From Theionarchaea archaeon (GTDB taxonomy: Archaea > Methanobacteriota_B > Thermococci > Methanofastidiosales > SZ-28-30): a DNA stretch of 64,000 nucleotides. A program made the translations under genes and the position numbers. The notes under the pieces are model-generated. The model was given only the letters and a program-made list of their open reading frames with translations. It ran no database searches and had not been told where the DNA came from. The DNA is taken from contig JACVGW010000002.1 in NCBI GenBank assembly GCA_018992565.1, positions 1 to 64,000 of the forward strand, in the 5' to 3' direction. Below, piece after piece: positions 28,423 through 37,115 of the stretch. The stretch's first letter is position 1, and each line of letters opens with the position of its first letter.

Positions 28423-29664
28423 TTAATCGAAAAAGGTCTTCCCGTGCTTGTCCAGGATTGCCTTGTGCGCCTTCAGTCGAATAGCATGTATGTTGATGAA
28501 CCCTTCTGAGTCCTTCTGGCTGAACCCTCCTTCGATGTCCATGCTGGACAGGTCTCTATCATAGAGCGAGCTTGGAGATTCTCTTCCCATGACTCTGACA
28601 TTCCCTTTGTACAGCGAGAGATAGACGACACCATCAATCATTTCCTGGCTCTTTTCAATAGCTTTCAAGATGAAGTCCATTTCAGGGGAAAACCAGAATC
28701 CACTGTAAACCATCTCGCTGAATTTTGGCGTCAGCATGTCTCTCAGTCGCATGACTTCCCTGTCCATTGCAATACCTTCAATATCCTGATGTGCGATCCA
28801 CAGGATGGTGGCTCCCGGCGTTTCATACACACCTCTGCTCTTGATGCCCACGGTCCGATTCTCAACCATATCCACGACCCCCACTCCATTCTCTGAACCC
28901 AGGTAGTTGAGGTACTGGAAGAGCTCCAGAGAATCTGTCTTCACTGTTCCGTCTTCTACATTCACCACTTTTATGGGAGTTCCGTCCTTGAAGTGTATTT
29001 CTATTCTCGTTTCTTCATCAGGAGCTTCTTTGAGGCTTTTACAATATTTCAGCATCGTATCCGGGGGACAGTACAGGGGGTCTTCAAGCAACCCTGCTTC
29101 ATGGCTTATGTGCATGAGGTTTGCATCTTCACTGTATATTTCGGTTTCCGATTGTGAGATAGGTATGTTGTGAGCCAGAGCGTATGAAAGTAGATCTGAA
29201 CGTCCTGTAATCTGAGAGAGGAATTCTTGATTTTTCCATGGTGATATAACCTTAATATCGGGATCCAGAGCATAGTAGGTGAGTTCGAACCGAACTTGAT
29301 CATTTCCTTTGCCTGTAGCTCCATGAGCAACATATTCCGCCCCCTCTTTGTGTGCAATTTCTATCTGCTTTCTGGCTATCAGGGGACGTGCAAGACTCGT
29401 TCCTAAGAGGTACCGTCCTTCATAGATGGCATTGGCTTTGATGGCGGTGAAGATGTAGTCTTCAACGAAGTCCCGTTTGAGATCTTCTCGATACACAGTG
29501 GACGCTCCTGTCTTGAGAGCCTTGTCCTCTGCTGCTGCCAGATCTTCATGTTGACCGACATCTGCAATGTAGGCAATGACATCATAGGACCTGTCCTGTA
29601 ACCATGTGAGTATCACTGACGTATCCAATCCGCCACTGTAAGCTAACACGACTTTTGGATTCAT
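28423..29664 (-). CDS. argG: Argininosuccinate synthase
   Basis: [22 protein letters not shown] and KSRGVYETP motifs. Confidence 0.97.
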   Translation of the reverse strand: MNPKVVLAYSGGLDTSVILTWLQDRSYDVIAYIADVGQHEDLAAAEDKALKTGASTVYREDLKRDFVEDYIFTAIKANAIYEGRYLLGTSLARPLIARKQIEIAHKEGAEYVAHGATGKGNDQVRFELTYYALDPDIKVISPWKNQEFLSQITGRSDLLSYALAHNIPISQSETEIYSEDANLMHISHEAGLLEDPLYCPPDTMLKYCKSLKEAPDEETRIEIHFKDGTPIKVVNVEDGTVKTDSLELFQYLNYLGSENGVGVVDMVENRTVGIKSRGVYETPGATILWIAHQDIEGIAMDREVMRLRDMLTPKFSEMVYSGFWFSPEMDFILKAIEKSQEMIDGVVYLSLYKGNVRVMGRESPSSLYDRDLSSMDIEGGFSQKDSEGFINIHAIRLKAHKAILDKHGKTFFD

Positions 29665-29824
29665 GGAGGAACCTGCCCCATATTGGTTGAAATAGATGGT
29701 GATCAGCCTGAGACATCGACAGGAAGAATTGTTTCATTTGTAACAGGTAGCATCACGTGAAGGTCGTACTTGGAAGAAACCGCTCTGAAGAAATACTTAA
29801 AAATGTGATAGACACAACTTCCTC

Positions 29825-30496
29825 ATGCCTACCACAGCAGAATTGACAGAAGCCTATCTGAAGACTCATCCGAGTATTACTGATTGTCTATCATATGGTA
29901 TCATCAACTATTCCAAGCTGGCCAGGAAGATTGCATCCGAACTCCACATTGAGAAAGAGACCAGCATCAAGGCGGTGCTGGTTGCATGCATTCGATATGC
30001 AAAGAAAATGGAAAGAAAAAAACCGCTTGAGAAAAGCATTCTTGCCATATTGACCAAGAGTGAGCTGGAAATCAGAAACAAGATTGTCATTGCCATAACA
30101 GATAAGAGGATTTTCACAGAGAATGTCATGGCGATTGCAAAGAAGATTGAAAGTAATGCTGACACATTCTATGTAATTGAGGGGACGAAAGCCTTCACCC
30201 TGATTTTCTCTGAGAAATATCAGAATGAGATACAGCGATTCCTGGGAAAGAATATTCTGAAGGTCACAGAGAATCGTGCAATGATCACCATCAAGAGCCC
30301 CGAAGCAATTGAGAATACACCAGGGGTAGTCTCCTATCTATATTCCATATTTGCCGAGAATGGAATAAATATAAACCAGACCATGAGCTGTTGGACAGAC
30401 ACAATTTTTGTCATTTCGGAAGAGGATATTGCTCCTGTGATGAGCCTTCTACGGTTCCACGAGGCTGTTGTGCCAGGTTCTGCTGATCACGAGTAA
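29825..30496 (+). CDS. ACT-domain-containing putative transcriptional regulator
   Basis: N-terminal HTH-like INYSKLARKI; C-terminal ACT (TPGVVSYLYSIFAENGINI...SCWTDT); divergent from argG. Confidence 0.8.
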   Translation: MPTTAELTEAYLKTHPSITDCLSYGIINYSKLARKIASELHIEKETSIKAVLVACIRYAKKMERKKPLEKSILAILTKSELEIRNKIVIAITDKRIFTENVMAIAKKIESNADTFYVIEGTKAFTLIFSEKYQNEIQRFLGKNILKVTENRAMITIKSPEAIENTPGVVSYLYSIFAENGININQTMSCWTDTIFVISEEDIAPVMSLLRFHEAVVPGSADHE

Positions 30497-30675
30497 GTGG
30501 TATCCGGGCTGATGTCTACATACAGAGGTTGTTCACCACAGCTGGGGTTGAGAGTATGTAGCCCTCACCTGAGAGAGTCTGGACTCTTTCACTCTTATCA
30601 TAGAACAAATCCCTGTTTTCTTTTCCATTGGTCAGGAGGACACACTCAAAATCCACCTGAATAACAAGGACTAAA

Positions 30676-31014
30676 TTATCCGACAGAATGATCCCCACTA
30701 GTGAAGCAGGTTTTCTCTATCATATCCTGCAGTTCTTTCTTGCTCTTGGCAGCAACTTCTCTGAAGACAGGCTCTCCATTCTTGAAAAAGATAAATGTAG
30801 GCAGTCCCGAAATATTATACTTTTGAGCTGTAAATTTATTTCTATCTACATTCAGCTTGCAGATTTTCACTTTTCCTCTGTATTCTCCTTCGAGTTCCTT
30901 TAATGTTTCTTCTATTGCCTTGCACGGCAGGCACCACGACGCCCAGAAATCCACCAGTACGGGTACATCAGCACTCAGGACCTCTTTCTCAAATACCCTG
31001 TCTGTGATCTCCAT
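30676..31014 (-). CDS. trxA: Thioredoxin
   Basis: VLVDFWASWCLPCK and GLPT motifs. Confidence 0.93.
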   Translation of the reverse strand: MEITDRVFEKEVLSADVPVLVDFWASWCLPCKAIEETLKELEGEYRGKVKICKLNVDRNKFTAQKYNISGLPTFIFFKNGEPVFREVAAKSKKELQDMIEKTCFTSGDHSVG

Positions 31015-31022
31015 CTCTTCAC

Positions 31023-32531
31023 CTACCTGTCCAGTACAGGCGTATACCCTGTATCTTCCCGTGTACCTGGCTCATATACTTCTAGGACATCAGATTCCTT
31101 CTTGAATCCATCCCATCTCGTCCTGGGCATTACCAGATGCGCCTTCTCCTCAATCCTTCTCTTTATTTCTGGCTGCATCATCACGTCAATCATCCTGGAA
31201 ATCTCTTTTTCCAGTGGCACTTTGGGTTCAAATCCGAAGGTATGAGGAAGCTTTTTAGATACCACTTCCAGGGGGTGCTTATCAGCTTCCACCCGGGGGT
31301 TCTCCACTTTCTGTATCTTCACATCCAGCCCTGCTTTCTCTCCTGCCTCAGCCACGGTCTCAGCCAGCACACTCAGTTTGTGTAACCCAGAAACCTGGTT
31401 TACTACATCATACTGCCCTGGTTCAGGGGGTGATATGATCAGCCGCACCATGCACTCCATGGCATCTTCCAGAGCAATAAATCCTCGAATCTGTTCTCCA
31501 GTTCCATAGATTGTCAGCGGCATCCCCATGATAGCCTGAGCCACGAACCGATTCACCACTGTCCCGAACCACTCATCTATGTCAAGCCTCGTTCGTAGCC
31601 GTGAATCTTCTGCCACTTCATCTGTATGTACTCCATAGATGACTCCCTGCATCACATCATATGATCGGAGCCACCAGTATTTGCATGCTTCATACACATT
31701 AAACGTATCCTGCACCTTACTGACATGATAGAATGAAACAGGGTCTCTGGGGGTTAACTCACCTCCCAGGCTCCATTCTCTGTCATCCCACTTCATGACT
31801 GCATCCGCCGGAAAAATTCCCTCATACAACGGTCTCCCTGTCAAAGGACTCCCGTACTCGCCCATGGTACCAAGTTTTATCAAACAGGTCTCCGGGACAA
31901 CCTCCTTGATGAGGAATAACAGCCCCAGAGTTCCCAGAACGTTATTTTCCTGTACACGTATTGCATGGCTGCAATCCACCATACTGTAAGGAGCAGATGG
32001 GATTTCCGCATAATGCACTATTGCTTCAGGTTTCACTTCTTCCAAAAATTCCTTCAATGTACTCCTATCCAGAATGTCAATTCTCCTGAAATTGATGTTA
32101 ACACCCAGAACCTCTCTGGCTGCATGCAGTCTCTCTGTCATTCTTTCGATGGGTACAATGGTGTGCGCACCTTTTTCCATGACACAATCTCTTCGCAGGA
32201 AATTGTCTATCCCACTGACTTTGAACCCGAGTTTGCCCAGCTTCAGTGCCAGGGTCCATCCCAAGTATCCGTCTATTCCCAGGATCATAACTCGCATATC
32301 TTTCAGCATTAACCCGTACTGAAATGGAATCCATTCTGGACACTCATCAAATGTAATGGAGGGTTCGAAGTGGCCCAGCTCAGGTCTGCGACTGCATTCA
32401 ATAACAATAAGTCCTTCTTCAACACTCTTGATATCTTCCATGGACTGTCCGCATGCCCTGAAATCTACATTTCCTTTGAAGACAGCTGCAGGACAGTTCC
32501 AGCATGTTTTCTCAGCATTATACGCTTTCAT
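31023..32531 (-). CDS. UDP-sulfoquinovose synthase (SqdB/Agl3 family) with an extra Cys-rich N-terminal domain
   Basis: GIDGYLGW, SAPYSM, GTMGEYG, YHVSKVQD, QGVIYG, FGTVVNRF and ENPRVE motifs. Confidence 0.85.
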   Translation of the reverse strand: MKAYNAEKTCWNCPAAVFKGNVDFRACGQSMEDIKSVEEGLIVIECSRRPELGHFEPSITFDECPEWIPFQYGLMLKDMRVMILGIDGYLGWTLALKLGKLGFKVSGIDNFLRRDCVMEKGAHTIVPIERMTERLHAAREVLGVNINFRRIDILDRSTLKEFLEEVKPEAIVHYAEIPSAPYSMVDCSHAIRVQENNVLGTLGLLFLIKEVVPETCLIKLGTMGEYGSPLTGRPLYEGIFPADAVMKWDDREWSLGGELTPRDPVSFYHVSKVQDTFNVYEACKYWWLRSYDVMQGVIYGVHTDEVAEDSRLRTRLDIDEWFGTVVNRFVAQAIMGMPLTIYGTGEQIRGFIALEDAMECMVRLIISPPEPGQYDVVNQVSGLHKLSVLAETVAEAGEKAGLDVKIQKVENPRVEADKHPLEVVSKKLPHTFGFEPKVPLEKEISRMIDVMMQPEIKRRIEEKAHLVMPRTRWDGFKKESDVLEVYEPGTREDTGYTPVLDR

Positions 32532-32532
32532 T

Positions 32533-33795
32533 CTACCACCCTAAACATTCAGCAAGCAGGGGGACAACATCCTCCACAGTGGGGTTCTCACTGATGGAGC
32601 AGTCCCCGCAAACGAACAAGAAGGCGTCTTTCTGGGTGTGTTTTCCAGACAGAACATCCTGGTCAAATGGCGTCTCAGCAAGAATGCCCCCTTTCAAGTT
32701 GATTCCCCTGGCAGGCATGAGCACGAGATCGGGGCCTGATTCTGAATATGGGCCATGATATATGTGATGGTTCTCATACACATGAGCAATTGCTTTCTGA
32801 CCTTGTATTTCCAGGGACTCAAATGCGTTACACACTTCTCTGAGAACTGCATCTTCTTCTCCAGGTTCAACACACCCGCGGGGAAACTTCCCCTTCTTGT
32901 TGATGTAAATTCTCCCCGGATCCAGTGCAAACGCTCTGGTACCCTCCTGGATATTACTATATCCCTTCCTGGGATCTTTTCCCCTGTGCAGGAATCCCTC
33001 CTGTTCTAAAACACAGTTGACATTCACATTAACCTGTGTCTGTTCCATGCCGTGATCAGAAACGATGAACAATGCATCTTCAGGATTCATCTTCTCCCCG
33101 AAATCTCTGATTGCTTCATCGATGCGCGAGAAGAACTGCAGAAACTGCGAGTGATATTCGTGAGATTCATCTTCATAAGCATCCCACAAAAAGTGGCCCA
33201 GCCTGTCACTTCCCGTAAAAACGAGCATGAATACATTCCATGGTATCTTCTCCCACAGGTAGTGAGAAAAGGCTACCCGTGATTCTAATGCTTCAAATAG
33301 TTCCTTGAAGAGCACCATTGGGAACTTCCGTGCTTTCTTGGTGTCTACATCAACCTTGTAGTGGAACTCATTCAGGATTTCCAGGAGGCTGGTAGGGTAG
33401 ACAGCACGCTCCAGATCGGGGGAAATGAACCCAGAAACGAGAACTCCATTAAGAGATGACGCAGGATATGTGGAAGGAACGTTAATGATGCAGAATTCTC
33501 CCTGATTCTGCCAGAAAGGGTTAGCCTTCAACTTCTTGGAATTGGGAAAGGATAAGGTGTACGTGGAGGGGAGAAGTTCTGTGAACCCGTAGATGCTGTG
33601 TTCTCCTGGGTTCTTCCCAGTAATGATGGAGCTCCATGAGACAGAAGACACTTCAGGAATGGAGGATGCCATTTGAGTGAATACCCCCGTTTCCCGTAGC
33701 TGGTTGAAATAGGGCATTACGCCCTGTTGAGACAGGTCGTCCATGAGTCTGAAAGGAACACCATCAATACCTATGATGACAGCTCTCTGGTTCAT
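32533..33795 (-). CDS. Alkaline phosphatase superfamily, nucleotide pyrophosphatase/phosphodiesterase-like
   Basis: IGIDG, WSSIITGKNPGEH, DRLGH, SDHG and GKH motifs. Confidence 0.88.
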   Translation of the reverse strand: MNQRAVIIGIDGVPFRLMDDLSQQGVMPYFNQLRETGVFTQMASSIPEVSSVSWSSIITGKNPGEHSIYGFTELLPSTYTLSFPNSKKLKANPFWQNQGEFCIINVPSTYPASSLNGVLVSGFISPDLERAVYPTSLLEILNEFHYKVDVDTKKARKFPMVLFKELFEALESRVAFSHYLWEKIPWNVFMLVFTGSDRLGHFLWDAYEDESHEYHSQFLQFFSRIDEAIRDFGEKMNPEDALFIVSDHGMEQTQVNVNVNCVLEQEGFLHRGKDPRKGYSNIQEGTRAFALDPGRIYINKKGKFPRGCVEPGEEDAVLREVCNAFESLEIQGQKAIAHVYENHHIYHGPYSESGPDLVLMPARGINLKGGILAETPFDQDVLSGKHTQKDAFLFVCGDCSISENPTVEDVVPLLAECLGW

Positions 33796-34031
33796 TCAGC
33801 TCTCCTTCGATTGCACCTTTAAAAAGGTTTACTACAAAATGGAGTAACTTTTGCATGGAGACGTTGTCATCTTTTGTAGTCATCAGACGGATTCATCATA
33901 TCCTCCTCAGTTCCCTTTAAGGTCGCTGGTACAGAGAAAAACCTGTAGGGTATTTTTCCGCTGCTCTTGCACAAGGCTTAACATGGATATGGAAAGGTGA
34001 CACAGGGGGAATAGCCATTCCGATAAAGGAC

Positions 34032-34697
34032 TTGCCCAAATCAGAACGACCCCGAGAGCGATTGGCCCATCTGGGAGGTGACAGCCTTTCTCTCCAGGAG
34101 CTTCTGGCCATCGTGCTGGGAACAGGAAACAGGAAGGGACAGAATGCAGTAGAGGTAGCTTCGCAACTGCTGAAGGTCTTTGATGGTAACTTAGGTTCTC
34201 TTTTTTCTGCCTCTGTTGAAGAGCTCTCTGCGGTAGAAGGCATTGGATTTGCCAAAGCCTGCAAGATAAAGGCAGTTTTTGAGCTGGGGAAACGGATTAT
34301 CTCGTATTGCAGGGAAGAACGCCTCCCCGTTCAATCTTCAGCGGATGTTGTACATCTTGTACTTCCTCACATGACGTACTTAACCAAGGAGGAATTCAGA
34401 GTCATACTTCTGGATTCCAAGAACAAGGTAATTGCCCATGAAATCGTCTCTGTAGGCTCGCTGGATAAGACTGTCGTCCATCCTAGAGAGGTCTTCCGCC
34501 CTGCAGTCTCACATGCGGCAGCCTCCATCATTCTGGTGCACAACCACCCGTCGGGTGATCCTACTCCTTCCCAGCATGATGTTCTGCTCACCCAGGATCT
34601 CTGCACATGTGGGAAAATCCTGGATATAGAAGTCATTGACCATATTATAATTGGACGTCCAGATTTTGTCAGTATGAAGTACAGGAATCTGATGTAG
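34032..34697 (+). CDS. radC: RadC (JAB domain) protein; true start may be slightly upstream
   Basis: ERPRERL, HhH GIGFAKA, VHPREVF, HNHPSGD and DHIII motifs. Confidence 0.95.
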   Translation: MPKSERPRERLAHLGGDSLSLQELLAIVLGTGNRKGQNAVEVASQLLKVFDGNLGSLFSASVEELSAVEGIGFAKACKIKAVFELGKRIISYCREERLPVQSSADVVHLVLPHMTYLTKEEFRVILLDSKNKVIAHEIVSVGSLDKTVVHPREVFRPAVSHAAASIILVHNHPSGDPTPSQHDVLLTQDLCTCGKILDIEVIDHIIIGRPDFVSMKYRNLM

Positions 34698-34743
34698 GGT
34701 GATCCGGCCAGGAGTAAAATCAAGTCAAACTGGAAAGCCTTTC

Positions 34744-35025
34744 TTACTCACTGAAGACCTTTGCCAGGTCCTTCAAATATTCGATAATCCTCTTTCCCTT
34801 CTCAGTGGGTTCGTACCATTCTTTTCGCAAGTCTTCTCTCATAAAATGGTGCTCAATAATACCTAGCTCACGCAGTTGTCTTAACCGATTGTTGAGGGTG
34901 TGGGTCGTCACGAAATGCTGCATTTCAGTATACTGGAAGGCCTCGTGCTCATCCATGTAAACTAATATCTCTAGCGTGCTCTTGAGACCCAGCAATCTGA
35001 GAAATTCTTTCTCTCTTTCTTCCAT
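34744..35025 (-). CDS. Small winged-helix (HxlR-like) regulator
   Basis: TLNNRLRQLRELGII...YEPTEKG pattern. Confidence 0.8.
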   Translation of the reverse strand: MEEREKEFLRLLGLKSTLEILVYMDEHEAFQYTEMQHFVTTHTLNNRLRQLRELGIIEHHFMREDLRKEWYEPTEKGKRIIEYLKDLAKVFSE

Positions 35026-35434
35026 CTCAATTCCTCTCTACCATGTGATCATCAGGAACCCTGATGACAATCTCACTTCTGGTGTATGTGCTGCAAAGTC
35101 ATTCTATATATAGTTTTCGGTGTATCACAGGTTTTCTACCTTTGGATTCCTGATCTCATTGTATTAAGGCTGCACAGTGTCAATGGGCACCTATTCAGAA
35201 GATAAAGGCGTACCTTGTCACTTGGAGCTGGCACAAGATAGAGCGGGAAGGCCGCTCTGACATGGTGCCAGGTTGACCAAAACCTTATAAAGAACGAGCA
35301 TTTCAGACGTTCATGCACTATGCTTTCTGCAGAAAGAGAATCAACCCCCTGGCCGTGAATAGCACGGTTAGATATCAATGTCATGCGCAGGAGAGAACAT
35401 GTACTGCAGCATACTTCGGAAAGGGGGGAAGGCA

Positions 35435-35602
35435 ATGAACAAGAAACTCAAGAAATGTGAAAACTGCGGACGGGAATTTGACATAAAAGAGAAGAATAGA
35501 ATAGTACTTGAAGGCTGGCGTGATGAGAAGCACCTGTCCCGTCTCTACTTCTGCAGCAGGAGCTGTTTTGTTACGTTTCTGAAAACGAAGAGATTTGTGT
35601 GA
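35435..35602 (+). CDS. Small zinc-finger protein (TRASH/MYM-like)
   Basis: CENC-x28-FCSRSC; purine-rich RBS before ATG 35435. Confidence 0.6.
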   Translation: MNKKLKKCENCGREFDIKEKNRIVLEGWRDEKHLSRLYFCSRSCFVTFLKTKRFV

Positions 35603-35645
35603 TATTCCCCTCCAGGATGTGGGTACTGCCGACATTACGCCTTTC

Positions 35646-36380
35646 TCAGAAATTCCTGTCACGGAGGTATTGGAGGCTTTTCACGGCATCTGGATAAGCA
35701 TTCACCTCGATAATCAGTCTCTTGTCTTTCAGTTCTTTAACGAAGTCCAGGTTTGTGTTTCCATCTCCCAAAGCCAGGTGACTGTCCTCATCTCCAGAAT
35801 TGTCATGGAGGTGGACTAGAACCATATACTCTTTCAAGTCCAGGAACTGCTTCACTGTACCTGTGGTATTGGCGTGCCCCATGTCAAAGGTGATCCCCAG
35901 GTATTCTGAGTCCACCGCCCTTATCAGGTCCCCCATCTCCTGAGGTGTCCTGCAGGACAGGATGGGGAATACGGGCATGTTTTCGACCCCCAATTTGACA
36001 TTCTGGTCTTCTGCTGCTCTGGCGAGAGTGCTCAGTGATTCTCTCTGGATAGCACGCACCTTCTCGGGAAAATGCATTCCCAGAGGTGAAAAATGGCCAG
36101 GATGGATGCATACGGCTTCTGCATTGTACGTAGCAGCTATTTCTACAGTCTCAGAAATCTGGGATAGGGATTCGGCTAGGATAGCTCTGTTTAATGACAT
36201 GATATTTAAATCAGAAAAGGGAGCATGGAAACTGACACTACAGTCATAGGATAAGAGAACTTCAAGATTGGTGTGGTTTCCTTCACAAATCACCTCAACA
36301 TGAGAAAAGGTGGGTATCACCGTATCCAGCACATTTTGAAGGTCACTCTGCAGCATGCACAGGGATGAAACACCAATCAT
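35646..36380 (-). CDS. Sugar phosphate isomerase/epimerase family TIM barrel (AP endonuclease 2-like)
   Basis: HAPFSDLN, VENMP, DMGHA, HLHDN and DSHLALG motifs. Confidence 0.88.
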   Translation of the reverse strand: MIGVSSLCMLQSDLQNVLDTVIPTFSHVEVICEGNHTNLEVLLSYDCSVSFHAPFSDLNIMSLNRAILAESLSQISETVEIAATYNAEAVCIHPGHFSPLGMHFPEKVRAIQRESLSTLARAAEDQNVKLGVENMPVFPILSCRTPQEMGDLIRAVDSEYLGITFDMGHANTTGTVKQFLDLKEYMVLVHLHDNSGDEDSHLALGDGNTNLDFVKELKDKRLIIEVNAYPDAVKSLQYLRDRNF

Positions 36381-36386
36381 GAACCT

Positions 36387-37115
36387 TCAATCCCTGGTTC
36401 TCTTAAATACGTATGCCATTATCATACCCAGAATTACCATCGCGCTCTGGATGGACGATTCTCCCTGAGGCGTATCCTCAGGAGATGTGTCTCCTAGACT
36501 ATATGATCGGGTGAATTTCTTCCCATATTCGTCCTCATAAGTTACCGTGAACGAAGACTTCTTTTCGATGGTAACCTCGGCCGTGTCACCAGGGGACAGT
36601 ACAGGAAGGGTCTCCTCTTCAACTCTCATGTTCAATACCTTGCTGATTCCGGAGTTCTCTATCTGGATTACAAGAAAAGAACCTTCAACCCTGTGTGTGA
36701 TAGTCACTTCGGGTTCAATTCGCCGCACCCTTACAGACACTTCTTGTTCAATAAAATATGGAGCGCATCCCTCTTCGCAGGAACCCACACCTCCACTCAA
36801 CGTGATCAAAATGGGATATTCCCCCGCTTCTGCTTCTCGTGTGACCTGAAATGTTACCTCTCCAATGTCTGTCTCCCCCGGATAGATCTTGTAGGCGAGA
36901 CTGCACTCAGATCTCACCGGTACGAAGCAGGCAGGTGTCTCTTCAATGCGCACCACGTTGTTCCACAGGACTTCTGCTGTGTTAGGATTATGGACAAGAA
37001 CCCGCACGACCACTACTGTGTTTGGTTCTGCAGTGCCCACTTCTACCGTGATTTCGGGATTGGCCTCCTGCATCACGAGGGCTAAAACAAGAAAAAGAAG
37101 GGGTAAAACCTTCAT
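36387..37115 (-). CDS. Secreted, membrane-anchored Ig-like surface protein
   Basis: Signal peptide, beta-rich domains, C-terminal TM helix with basic tail. Confidence 0.65.
   Translation of the reverse strand: MKVLPLLFLVLALVMQEANPEITVEVGTAEPNTVVVVRVLVHNPNTAEVLWNNVVRIEETPACFVPVRSECSLAYKIYPGETDIGEVTFQVTREAEAGEYPILITLSGGVGSCEEGCAPYFIEQEVSVRVRRIEPEVTITHRVEGSFLVIQIENSGISKVLNMRVEEETLPVLSPGDTAEVTIEKKSSFTVTYEDEYGKKFTRSYSLGDTSPEDTPQGESSIQSAMVILGMIMAYVFKRTRD

Noticed and set aside
29665..29770. Leader-peptide attenuator upstream of argG
   Set aside because: The short minus-strand uORF ([16 protein letters not shown]) has no Arg codons, and I saw no convincing terminator/antiterminator.
34032..34697. 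radC as a marker of a mobile element
   Set aside because: It is the full-length form with an HhH region, and no integrase, transposase or att-like repeats are nearby.
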